Source: Massalongia carnosa
Lineage: Eukaryota
Reading direction: 5' to 3'
Length of the DNA stretch: 64,000 nt
Assembly (NCBI GenBank): GCA_965645245.1
Contig: OZ287079.1
Location: 1,178,001-1,242,000 of the forward strand
In this document: in pieces, positions 37,978-50,538 of the stretch
Layout of the letters: each line of letters begins with the position of its first letter
How positions within the stretch are numbered: position 1 is the first letter of the stretch
The notes under the pieces: generated by a model
Database searches by the model: none
What the model was told of the DNA's origin: nothing
Seen by the model: only the letters and a program-made list of their open reading frames with translations
Made by a program: the position numbers and the translations under genes

Positions 37978-40043
37978 CTATCCTAGAGTGGCTAGCTGGG
38001 CTGATAAACTCCCTTTGTCGTACTTTACATACTTTCCCTTTCCCTTGTCAATCTCATGATAGCGATCCCAAAACCTAGAATACAAAGGCTCGATCATCGC
38101 CTGCACTTCTCTCGCCAGCTGACTCCTAACTTCCCTTTCCATGGCCATACTCTTATGCTTCGAGCTCAAGTCTTCGAAACTAGCGTTGAAGCTCTTAAAT
38201 TTCTCTTTGATTGTATCTTTGTCCTTACTCCCTAAGCTTTTGATGACAGCTGTAGAATCAATCAATCCGTTGCTGCCAGAAGGAGGTCGACCTCCTCGAT
38301 TGGTATACTGCACATCCAGAAGCGCGGAGCAAGGTTCTCTCCAAGAGTCTAGATAGGCAGACGTACCTCTCTTCCGCCACGAGTCGATTTTCGCGGGAGC
38401 ACCGGCGGAGGATAGAACGGTGGAGAGATCTGATGAGCGAATAACACGGTCTATCACAGCAACGTTGTTAGCCATAAAGACGCCCACAAGCGATTTGCCC
38501 TTGAGTAAAATGCGAGCCTTGGCCTCAAGACTTGTGAGCAGGGTCTCCATCGTATCAATAATGTAATGTGCAATTAGTTGGTTACCGTCTGCACCAACAT
38601 CAAAAGACTTTAGCGAAGGGAGAGAGGTAGTAGAACCCGCAGCTCCAGACGATACGGAGGTCCAGTTTCCGTCGCCAAGAGATGTCAAGATTGAAGCGAG
38701 AGACTGGGGATACAATGTCATCGTTTGCAATCGATTCATAATCTCCATCGTATATGGTATCGAGGCACCGTCAATGGGGAGCGTAATTAGGCTTTGAACT
38801 CGTTTTCGGATGTCATCAATCAACTCAGGTATAGAAGACTTCGCAGTCACCCGAATCGGCTTGAGCGCGTCCGCAAACGCAGACTTGAGCTCGCCAGTTT
38901 TCGAATCCAAGCGAAACGAAACCTGCGAGATAATCTCGATCATCTCGTAAGCCAAAAAGCAATCAGTTGTCAAATTTGACTGGATGTGGCTGTTAAGCTC
39001 GCGAATGGTTTTGGTGAAGTCCCCAAGAGCCTTGCGGCAGGTAACTTCAAACGTAGAACCCCAATCCTCTCGGGGGAAGATGGCGGAAATATTCTGATAT
39101 TCCGCAACAAAAATGCCTTCCATACCGCTAGCGTAGGTGCCAATGCCACTTGTGCCCTGACGATAGATTTCATCAGGAGTTTTCTTCTTTGAAGTCTGGA
39201 TCGACGCTGTAGAGAGATTCTGGAGGCTGCCGCTCAGGTAAGGACCGCGGATTTCAGCGTAGACTCGTAAGGTTGCAGATTCTCGCTGATTATACGAAAC
39301 ATCGCGGGCTGCAGGGGAGAACATGAACTTGTCTATAGCATCTAGCTGTGATATGACCTCTTGAGAGATGGTGGGAAATGGCAGCTCTACACTTTGGTCA
39401 GCCATGCTCTTCAGACCCTCTGTCCAAAACCTACCCTTGGTAATATAATGTAGCGGCTCTACTAGCTGGGCTGTTGATAATAGAGAATCGCGAAAGATAT
39501 TTTGAAGTTGGGTGCTCCCTTCGCTTAGAAGCTCATTGAAGTCGCCAATGGCCTGTTGGTTGACACGGAGGTTGGTCGATACCATTTGCGATAAAGATCG
39601 GTCTATACGCTTGAGAGAGGCAAGGTATTCGGAGAGGCCGACTTTAGCTGGTCTACGCAAAAAGGTTAGAATTCAATCAGCCACAACTTTGACGGTTTTC
39701 AACGAACCCCCCTCGGATGATTGCCTCTTCGCGCTTTTTGTCTCCGCTTGGTGCCAGCATCTTATCGATAGCAGCCAATATTCCATCAACATCTGAGTAG
39801 AAACTGTCAGACTTTCCTGAGCAGTATTGTTACTCCAGACTCACTGTCATTCACTGTCTGCAAACTTTGCGTGCTGCTATGGACCGGCCCAATCGACTGT
39901 TGTACAACTTGCGCCCCATCCTCGAGTCTTGCCAGTGACGTTTTGATTCTCTTAGAGATGTTTTCGAACTTGGCAGCCTCAGCGAACAGCACCTCCACCT
40001 CGGCGCGTTCCTCTACGAAAGACACATGACATGACTTGTTCAT
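37978..40043 (-). CDS. EXO70: Exocyst complex subunit Exo70
   Basis: N-terminal F.EE.AEVEVLFA, VEPLHYITK, and C-terminal DKDTIKEKFKSFNASFEDL...REVRSQLAREVQAMIEPLYSRFWDRYHEIDKGKGKYVKYDK; about 3 short introns. Confidence 0.95.
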
Positions 40044-43000
40044 ATCGAATATCGGACAAGCAACCGAGTCTGGCTGTATGCTCCTTGCCTTGGCGCATCA
40101 ATGACGTAAGCCTTACGCTGAAGGCTAGGCTTCGCTGATGCTGCTTAAGAGTTGTTGTTTAAATCGAAAGCTAGATCTGCACTGTATAGGGTCAGAAAAC
40201 GCTTTAATAGTATAAACTTGATTGAATAATACACAGATGAAGAGCACTCAAGCGATTTTCAAAGCAGAACAGGAATATCGAAGCCTGATACACGAGGGAC
40301 TCGTCGTAAGGTTCTCCTCCACAATCATCCAAGAAGAAGCTTTACCTAGTAGATTTCATACTTTCACATGATGGAACTGTTGATGTTTCATTGCCTGTAA
40401 CTTTGAGTAGCGGTATGTATGAAGGGTAATTTTCGATGATGCTAGACTCAAGGTTTTGGCGTTCCCGCCCCTTGCATTAGTAAACTAAGCCGCATCACCC
40501 TACCGAAGTACAAGGATCCTTTCGTTCGTCTCCATAGTGCTTAAATATTACAGTATATCTTCTAGAGTAGATGTACAGCCAAAGGAATAGTATCGGTGAA
40601 CAAGCAGCTCGATAGACCGATACTCATGCGTATACATATCCGTTTAAGAAAGACAGAAAATTCATGGTTCTTTATCAGTTTCCACCCTCCAGTATTGAAC
40701 ACGTTTTATTGAGTCTAGCAGAAGTCATTATACCGAAAAACGAATCGTTTAGGGTTATTACTGAGCCGGATAGATGAGTACGGAGTATGCGTCCCGAGAT
40801 TGATTACCTGTCTTCGCTGTAACAAATCGACTTCCTTACACAAGTTCAAAGAACTCTCCCTATAAAAGAGGTAGAACAGGGGTCTACATCCTGGGCAGAG
40901 CAACCAAACCAAGTCAAACAGCAATAGACACGCCTTTCAACACAACTGACAGTCTACCGTACTAGAAAACCAAGGCACAACAAGCTGTGTTGTGCACATG
41001 TTGTGAACCTCATGGTGTTGAAGGGAGTAAGGATTCTTAAGTTGAAAAGCTACCTCCACTCTGTCCATCACAATTACTTTTTATGGTTCCATGATCCTGC
41101 CCCATCAATCTGGCTCGGCCGGATTCGTTACGAAGCCACAAATTTCTCTACTTACCGCCAGTGCCTTCGAACAAGCCAAGATAATCCAAAGCATCGGAGA
41201 CAGTTCCTCAGCATGGCAGTTAAGAACTCTCCTAACCAGATCTATTTTTGGATGCCAGAGCGTCGCACTCAATCTAAACTCTAGCACGACCTTACATTTT
41301 GATAAGTTATCTAAGGGCTCCGTCTCCTGTCACTTATTTAACGAATGCCTTATTTTAAACCACAACTAGGTGATGGATTCTAAAAAATCCACGAGTTTTC
41401 GGGGGTGCTTTTTCCCGGGCTTCGACATTAATCACTTCATATTTCACCCAGCTATGTCCGAACGAGACGGAAATTATCTTTAAGATGCAGACATACTGTT
41501 TAGCACCTTTTATATCGACTAGAACAGTTCGTCCGAATACCTTCAGAGGGGCTGCTCGATAAATTAAATAGGATCATCAGTCAAACTATAACCGGTACCG
41601 ACATTTGAGAAACCGTAAGCCCGCCGGCAATTTCAAGTTATGATTTTTCGCTATCTTTGTGCTTCTGCACCGCTCAATACTACCAGTATCAAAGCCAGGG
41701 CGTAAAACCGTTTCTGAATAGCATACCGCAAGTCTAAACAACGGCCCAAGAACTCTACCGATCCCACACATGGCGACAAAAACATGAAGACAAAATAATC
41801 GAGAAATACCTAGTTTAGGTAGTTGGTTCTCGTCAAAAAGATAACAACAGACCAGAGCTATAAATCAAAAGTAATACATAACCATGCCTAATTACCTCTC
41901 CATCTCACCCCTCCCCCCTCCCCGAAGCCTGAAAAGCCCATACCATTCCCCTGCCCCGTGGGCCATTTAGGATGGGTGGGTGGCGGAGGTTCATCGCGTA
42001 CGCTGGAGTTAGGGAAGGAAAATCCGATGCTTGCTTCGTCCGCCATGGGCAATGAATAGATAATTGACGTACTTGACGTACTTACTTACCTACTTAGTTA
42101 TTTACGAGCGTGGGTCAGGCAGGACTATAACTACATGACTAACTAGATGAAATCCTTCAGGTTTTTCTCTTTCTCCGCCGCTTAGTATTTAATACCTATT
42201 TATCAGGCCTCTTTCCCAGTTTTGGGAATCCATGGAGAATTTTTCGGAAAGGGAAAGAAAAGAAAGGGAAACGGACTTTAAACACCCCCACTCTTTCTCC
42301 CTTTTATTTCTCTTTTTGGGGGGGGGTTCCGTTAACTAACAATATCTTTCTCTTCCCCCATATTTTCGGCTGGACGTGTGTAGAGAAGACATGTAAAAAG
42401 TAATTTGGATTTCGACTGCTTTTCTTTAAGTTAATATGTATTTTTTGGAAAGAAGAGCAGGTGGGAGCTACGAGCGGGAGTAAGTAGATGGAGTGTTAAA
42501 AGGGGTAAAGTAAACAGATGAAACAACAGAGGAAGTAACAACAGACCGGACTTCGTTTTGTTATTCTGCTAGGTATCTAAATACTAAATATTTCAGCTGC
42601 TAATTTATCTGCAACTCCGCATATGTGGTGCGATTTCCACTCGCCAGCTCGAAACGAAAGTTCGAAAATCCGATGATGACGTGACTGGTTTTCGCACTTC
42701 TATCCAGATGAAAAACAAGGGGAAGGGCCGTTGTTAGCAAAAGGAGACTGTCAAATAACTCGATAACGGAAAGCCCACCCCTTGAAGTGGGGTGTTATAT
42801 GCGGACCACGGTGGAGAGAAATCCCCCGTCGGCCTTCAATAGCCTACGTCGGGAAGTGGGCTAGAACGAGGGAATTCCGGGATAAATGGATCAAGGCCGG
42901 CTCGATGGTGTGCCCTGGTAAGGGATGTTGGCAGGTGCTGTTGAAGAAGGCGAAGAAGGCGAGGAAGAGCGTTTCAAGAGAGCGGGATTTGTGTTTTTCA

Positions 43001-43455
43001 AGGGCGAGACAATGTAAGGAACGGATTAAGGTAAAGTGATCCAGGGACCCACGAGGACATCAGGGGAGGACGCATGATTCAACCGAGAGGGCAATTTTAT
43101 TCCGAAATGGAATCAGTATACTAATCGCGAGGAAAAGGGAATGCGCGGACCACGTTGTTTGGTGGTTTGCTATGTGGTATAGATGAAACACGATAGGATG
43201 AGATGGCCCGTGACAGAATTATCTCGTGTTCGACTGAAGGTGTTTCTTGCTCGAAAATCGGGGAAGAAATCTAGGGGATCATTCTATTATTACACAATGT
43301 ATGTAAAACTAGATAAACAGTTCACCGAGCAAAATCAGGAAACCAATTGAGAAAGAAGAAACAGAGGAATGGAGAGAGACAGCTCAACGCCAGCTAGACT
43401 CTGGCAATAAGCTTATGATGTTATCGACAACGCGGCGTCAGCTACATGGGTTCTT

Positions 43456-44372
43456 TCAAGGCAGCTCATTTCCATAACGCCGCTGCCGCGTGGGAAGTTC
43501 GTGGTATTCTTCTCGCTGCTCAAGCTCTTGCAAATCTTCCTGCGGCAGGACGGACCCCCCGGAATGCTCCTTCGGATGATTATTCTTTTGCGCCACCAGA
43601 CTGTGAGAAGACCCGCGCAGCTGCTTGTTACGGTAAAGAAGATACATCACCAGCGCAATGAGGGAGATAAATATAGGTACGCCTGCTCCAAGACCGGCTT
43701 TCGCGGAGACAGCAAGTCCCGAAGATGCTGCGGCGTTGGAGGTGGATGTTGATGATTGGCTTGGTGGGCTTGAGCTTATAGCGCTGGAACCTCCTCGAGA
43801 AGATGAGCTTTCAGAAGCGATTGGAAAGCTCGTAGATGTAAACGCGCTTAAGCTTCTACTAGCGGTTATAGAGCTCGTAGAGGTAGATGGGCTGGAACTT
43901 GAATTTTGCCGCGGTAAAGCCGTTGGTGATCCTAGAAAGAACCGGAGGGAGGATGTTTGGCAACAATCCTGTCCATCACAGCACCAGATTCCGGACTCAA
44001 GCGGGGGGCAGGGAATCATACGGCCGCCACCATCTGGGTTTGCTAAAGGCAGGAATATTCAGTAGGCAATTAGCGTTTACATGAAGATATTTCGCGACAG
44101 GAGATCTTACTGGATTGACAGAACTGTGGACAAGCTAAGGAATCCCACTGTTTGTCGGTACACGAGCCTCGGTCATAAGTGCCATCCTGAAGGCAGACTT
44201 TGTTTCCCAGGCATGTTCCTGTCAGTCCACAGCAGTAGGTGAAGGGTAAATCCGTTGTACACGGAACGTCGTCGGCAATCCCGCCGTTAGGATAGTAGCA
44301 AAGAGATTTCACGAATGTAGTCTGAACAAAAATGGTCACAATAGCAAGCAAGCATGAAGACTGAGAACACAT
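43456..44372 (-). CDS. Cys-rich, Ser/Thr-rich single-pass membrane protein (cell-surface sensor-like)
   Basis: Signal-like N-terminus, CYYPNG..C..CC..C...VC..RGSCTD..W...CP.FC ectodomain, one intron (about 44110-44045), Ser/Thr stalk, AGLGAGVPIFISLIALVMYLL TM segment, cytoplasmic tail with ELP motifs. Confidence 0.8.
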
Positions 44373-44975
44373 CGTGCTCGCAAGCAGAGTCGAGGTTCCA
44401 ATATGTAGCAACTGTCCTAAGCGCTATAGAAAAAGTATACGAAGCCATTATCACAAGGATGTGGGGCTGAGAAGACAGCAAATATAGATACTCGGTTCGC
44501 TAGACTGTTCTGTTCGCTCCCTCATGCAACGAGTAGTTGCAGATATCCGTGCCGCACACATGAGTTGGTTGGGCGCCTTGCATGGAGATAAATCCTTGCC
44601 CTGTATCAGACATCCTTGATGAGCTGAAGAGGTTGTTGTTTCTCTTTACTTTGCACGGAGGGAGGTACTTCGCACCGTTGACACATCATCGAGACCCACA
44701 GGCCAACAGCTGTACTATTTGAAGCTAGGAAAGAACATTGCAGACCTATTGATCGATGAAAGCGACAGCGTACAGAATACAGACATGTTCATCGACAAGA
44801 TAAGTGTTTGAGTATTCTTGAAATATTCTTAAAGTTTTTATTACCTAGCTTGATCGAATTCACCCCTTTTGCACCGCGCTAAACGCGGCCGCTAAGTCAT
44901 TAATAATCACAAAATCAGAAAACAGTTATATGTAGTTAAATTTATAATTATACGAATCTATATAGTACTGAAAGA

Positions 44976-46598
44976 GTTAGATCCAACCTCATGCGGTTAG
45001 GTTTAACCCGAAAAAGGGAACGCGGCTTGCGGAACAGTACTGAGTTATCAAATAATGCGGAGAGGACGCCGTACGGAAAGGACCAAAAAGAGGCACCTCA
45101 TTGCGAGCATGCATTTCATCGTATGATATCGTAAAACTTTGCAGACCTACTAATCACATCAACCATAGTCGATATCTCGAAACTTGCGTGCTTTTTCGCC
45201 CGTTTGCGGTGGGGGGAGGAGGTCTCTTTGCGAAGCATCAGATTTTCTTTGAAATCGTCCATAAGAGATTTAGCGCGGACTCGATTGGGTTTACGGTGCT
45301 TTTCGTGTTATTTACCTATCATCGCAGCTCTTTTCATCCTAGCCTTTTCATCGCAGCTCCTTTCACCGCTGTATATCAACGTGAACTCGATACAGGAATA
45401 TTAACGGAAGATACTTTGACGAAAAAAATTGACGATGATATAGATAAGACTCGAGACGGACGAGCTTATAATCACGTCAAACGACATATAATAGAAAATC
45501 GGCTTGGAAGGGAGAAAACGGAGTCGATTAATTTTACGCTTCTAGAGTGTCTCATTATCGACAGCTTCGAGAAAATAGACGAATTCAAGATGCACGAGAC
45601 CAAAAAGCTAAAGAAACTATGCGAAAAGCGGCGGAAAAAGAAAATTGATAACGAGGGAGATAGATATTGAGGCTATTCAAGAGGCTATCTGATAGCTATT
45701 TGGGAAACTATTTGGGAGACTATTTGAAAGGCTATTTGAAAAGCAGCGGAGATTATCTGGGAGACTATTTGGGAGGCTAATTGGAAAGCTATTTGGGAGG
45801 CTATTTGGGATATTATTTGATAGCTAAGCAGAATATCTGGAAGGCTATTTGGGAGGCTATTTGGAAGACTATTTGAAAGCGGTGAAGATTATCTGGGAGG
45901 CTATTTGGGAGGCTTTATGCGAGGCTTTATGCAAGGCTATTTGAGATACTATCTGAAAAGCAGCGGAGACTATTTGGGAGGCTATTTGATAGCTATTTGG
46001 GGGAATATTTGGGAGACTATTTGGGAGATATTTGAGAGATACTTGGAAGGTAATTGAAAGGCTATTTGGGAGGCTATTTGAAAGGCTTTTTGGGAGGCTT
46101 TTGGGAGGCTTTTGGGAGGCTATCTGGGAGACTATTTGAAAAGCAGCGGAGACTATTTGAAAAGCTATTTAGGGGCTAGATGTGGGGCCTTATAAAAATC
46201 AGCGGAGGCTATCTGGGAGACTATTTGGAAGATGCTTTGACAGATGCTTTGGCGGGTGCCAAGGAGGAGATAGCGTAGGGCCGTTGCGGAGCGAAGCGAA
46301 GCATGTCCGGAGCAGAAATCAGAGATATTTTGAGATTCGCATGAAAAAATAGCAAGCCAAATAGTAAGTAAATGAAAAGTAGTAGTAAATTAGATTTTTT
46401 CATTCGAAACATCTCAGGTCTGAGATGGCACTGTCTCGTCTATATTGAACTGGACGAATTCCCCTGCTACTTTGGGCAACACTACCTTATTCGGTTAGAT
46501 CCAACCTCATGCGGTTAGATTTAACCCGAAAAAGGGAAGGCTGGTTGCGGAACAGTACTGAATCTATAGTACTGAAATATGAAATAATGCGGAGAGGA
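44976..46598. mobile_element. Unclassified repeat element bounded by ~90-100-bp direct repeats, with an internal satellite
   Basis: gttagatccaacctcatgcggttag.tttaacccgaaaaagggaa...ttgcggaacagtactga...aaataatgcggagagga occurs at 44976-45066 and 46494-46598. Confidence 0.6.
45670..46230. repeat. Degenerate ~12-bp minisatellite (consensus approx. GGCTATTTGGGA) punctuated by AAAGCAGCGGAGA blocks
   Basis: Dozens of ctatttggga/ctatttgaaa/ctatctggga units; cagcgga-type blocks near 45744, 45879, 45960, 46143 and 46200. Confidence 0.9.
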
Positions 46599-47157
46599 AC
46601 CTCGTATGAAAATACTCGATTATGCCTTGACGTGCACCACGAGATAATGCGCTGTAACATCCCCATCCAGTTTATCGCCCTTCGCCCTTCTACATTTTAT
46701 ATAATCCATTGATGCTGGGCACCTCAGATCTATTTGTTTGGCCATCAAACGAAGGGGTCATTTACTCATGTTGTGGGAAGGCATCTCGCCAGTGGACCCT
46801 GCGCCTGCCCAATGCATCTAAATCCTCCGATTATATTGCACGTCGTTTGGCAGTTTCTTGTTGGTCGATATCTTGCCACGGTTGATCCCTGATCCTTTAG
46901 ATGTGCTCCATACGCATTTATGTGGCTCAGCGAGCGTCAAAGCGGGCGGAAGAACAGCTGAAAAACGTCTGAGCGGGCCTATTTACATCCCCTCAAGTAG
47001 AGTAGCCTTCTACTTTCGTATTACCAATGAAGTTTTGATTTCAGCTTTCCTACCTTTCCCCCGGCAGATTCTGTTATTCATTTATTTTCCAGTCCATCCT
47101 TTTAAATTTGTCTTGTTCATCCTCGGTACACGCCGGAGGATTTCAGTCTTGTTGATC

Positions 47158-49055
47158 ATGGCAACTGAATATGACTTCATCGTAGTTGGAGGCGGCACTG
47201 CTGGCTTAGTAGTAGCTTGCCGACTCTCAGAAGACCCTAACATCAACGTGCTAGTGCTTGAAGCTGGTGCTAATCGTCTTGACGACCTACGGCTCAAGAT
47301 TCCAGCCGCATGGCGTAACCTATTTGGAGATCCGGACTTTGATTGGGCTTTTGACTCTACGCCCCAGGTATCTTACTTCTTACATCAATCGTAATGCCCG
47401 AATATTAACTTCCCGCGCAATACTGATCGTGTGCATAGCCAGAGCTCAATGGAAGGTGTATCGGCCATCCACGAGGCAAGGTCTTAGGGGGAAGCAGCGC
47501 GATCAATGCCCAAGCAATGATTGCTCCATCTCAGGCAAGTGTCGATGCATGGGCAAAGTTGGGAAATCCTGGATGGGAGTGGGAAACAATGAAAAAATAT
47601 TATCAGAAATTCCACACCCTGGCCCTTCCTTCCGAGGTCACCAAAGAGTATTTGGGAATTGACTACGTTGACGAGGCGGTCCGGGGGAAATCAGGACCCA
47701 TCCAAGCGTCTTTTCCCGAACTGCATGATCCTCTAGCCAAAGCTTGGGTTGATACGTTTAAGAAGCTGGAGTTTGAGATCACAGGTGATCCTTTTTCAGG
47801 AAAGGTTACCGGGGGGTTCTGCAACGCTGCTACAATTGACCCCAAGACCAAGGAGCGAAGTTATGTTACTTCGGCTTACTACGCACCAATCAAGGACCGC
47901 CCAAACCTACATGTGGTCACTGAGGCGTATGTTGAGAAGATTTTACTCGAAAGCAGCCCAGATGGCATCTTGGCAAGTGGTGTCCAATATACCCACCAGG
48001 GCAAGACTCAAACAGCCATCGCCAAGAAAGAAGTTATACTGGCCGCTGGGGCAATCCAATCGCCGCAGCTACTCGAGCTGTCCGGTATCGGCCCCGCAAC
48101 TCTTCTGGAGTCCCACGGCTTAAAAATATACATCGATAACCCGAACGTAGGAGAAAATCTTCAAGATCACTTGTTCACGGGAATTAGTCTAGAAGTCGTC
48201 GATGGAGTCAAGACTATGGATGTCATGCACCGGGACCCTCATGTTGCCCAAGAAGCCATGGAAGCGTACATGAGCAACCGAACAGGTCCTCTTGTAAGCG
48301 GCAGCATGGGCGCTTTCGCATTCATGCCTATTGTCGATGACTTCCTGACCGAAAACGGATTCAATGTCCTGCAGCAGCTTCTAGACACCCATCTCCAGCC
48401 CTCAAATCCAGAAACCTACCCCGCCGAAAATCTTCACAACACCTTCATCCGATCCGTTGTCGAGAGCAAAGACGAAGCGTCCGCAAGTCTGTTCATGACC
48501 CCCCTATACGCCCGTTTAGATACTGTTCCCGGCGCCCAAGTAAGACAAATCCGTGCCGTAAGCGGCAACTTTATCAGTCTCATGGCCTCACTCCTGCATC
48601 CCTTCTCCAGAGGAAGCGTGCACATCAACTCCTCCACCCCCACCCAAAAACCAACCATCGACCCCCGCTACCTAACCCATCCCCTCGACATCGAGCTCTT
48701 CGCCAGACACCTCCAATTCCTTGAAACCATTGCCGAAACCGAGCCCCTCGCCTCCATCATCAAACCCCAAGGCATTCGCAGCACCCCCAGCATCAAATCC
48801 CTTTCCGCCGCCAAGGAGTTCCTTCGCGCAAGCTCCATCTCCAACTGGCACCCCACCGGCACCTGCGCCATGATGCCCAGAGAGCTTGGAGGGGTGGTCG
48901 ATGCGCGGTTGAGGGTGCATGGGGCGCGGAACTTGCGCGTGGTGGATGCGAGCATCATGCCCATCATCCCACGCGGAAACCCGCAGAGTACCGTGTACGC
49001 GGTTGCGGAACGGGTGGTGGATCTTATCCGGGAGGATTGGAAGCTTGGGGGTTGA
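47158..49055 (+). CDS. GMC oxidoreductase (AA3 family; aryl-alcohol/glucose/choline dehydrogenase-like)
   Basis: YDFIVVGGGTAG FAD motif, intron 47368-47438, RGKVLGGSSAIN, VGENLQDH, WHPTGTCAM, and LRVVDASIMP...GNPQ. Confidence 0.95.
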
Positions 49056-50538
49056 GCAGGATGTGGGGGGGGGTGGGGGAGATGGGTTTCCTTTGACGAA
49101 AATACAGCAAGGAAGCGTAAGTGTAAGAAAGACTAAGGATTGGGGGATAGCTAGTCTACATAACTTGTCCGACTTTCTTCCAACTTCATCCGCGTGCCTT
49201 TCGAGCACAAAAAACCCCTAGTCTTTCGAACCACAACCATTCAATCCCGTCCCATCTCTTTTCCCTTTCCAATCCCAAAACCCCCGATCCCCAAATCCTA
49301 ACACCTATCCTGAATATATCGCTGTCCAAGAAGGGGAGCCGACTCTGTTTGTCTGTTCTTGTCCTTGTTAACTTTTTTTGTTTTCTTTCGGGTTGAGTAG
49401 AAAGTAATTGATGATTAATTGATATCATCATCCCCTTTCCTTCCTCCCCCTCTCCCTCCCCCCCCCCCCAGCATCCTAGGATATATGTATTGTGTTCCCC
49501 ACTCGTCCATTCATTCCTGTGCACTCGCTCCGCTACCCGCGGTTCGCGCTTCAATGTCATCGCTGCTGCTGCATATAATGTAGTACGTAACTTGTAATGT
49601 ATCTTATATTTTTATGTCTATCTCTATACATGTATGTATATACCCCTACAGTATACCACTCACTCAATCAACCACCTAGCTTACCCAACCACCTTATTGG
49701 CTAGATACTCATCTACAGAAAACCGCTGACTAGAGGAACTTCTTCTCTCTCTCTAGGTATCTGTTCTCTTGCGTCTTTTGTAGCCTTGACTTGGCTTACT
49801 TATTTAGCTAGGTATGTCGTTTTTCCCCTTTTGTCTCTCTTTCTCTCTCTCCTTACGATCTAGTCGTCTTTTGGTTTTCATTCTGCTTTTTTTACCCTGA
49901 AGAAATAGAGAAGGGGGGGGAGGGGGGGGAGAACAAAATGGAAGGTGTAGAGAGAGAGAGAGAGAAATAGTGGATCAGAATAGAAAGGAAGGATCCTATC
50001 ACGGGCGTTGGAAATAACTCCTGGACTCGGATGAAAGAATGTAGCGTTCATCTATTCATCTATCTATCCATCTATCTATTATACGACCCAATCTGAGAAT
50101 TCAAGTTTCCCATTTAGCCTTAATGACCGACGCTACAAATAGGGGATAGGGATATATGGAGAATATAACTGTTGAGATACGGAACGATGTCTATCGAGGT
50201 TTGCTGTTCGGTGATCTCATGTTATGATTATTCGCTCGCGATGGGTACGGTTGGAAGAAATCCGAAGTTGTCAGTGATGCTGAATGAATGTACGAGTCCA
50301 AGTTCGCCTAGTTAAATAGTGACGTGGGTAATCCCCCCCGAAAAATCCAGATAATGTGCTTGCAGGCAGGAATTCGAATGGATCTAGCATAACTCGTTAA
50401 AAATTAGCTTTTGTGTCTATAAGGGAGTAAACCTTTACCAATCGAGTTTATTATGCCTCTTGAAGTTCAAAGTTCGGCACACCCAAAGAGGTGTATTTCC
50501 CGCGTGTTTCCATAACTGTGTTAATCTTATTACTTTAT

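Noticed and set aside
40400..43100. Short ORFs between EXO70 and the membrane-protein gene
   Set aside because: No recognisable motifs and frequent stops in all frames.
45670..46230. CRISPR-like array
   Set aside because: The units are degenerate, contiguous ~12-mers without unique spacers; the context is eukaryotic and there are no cas genes.
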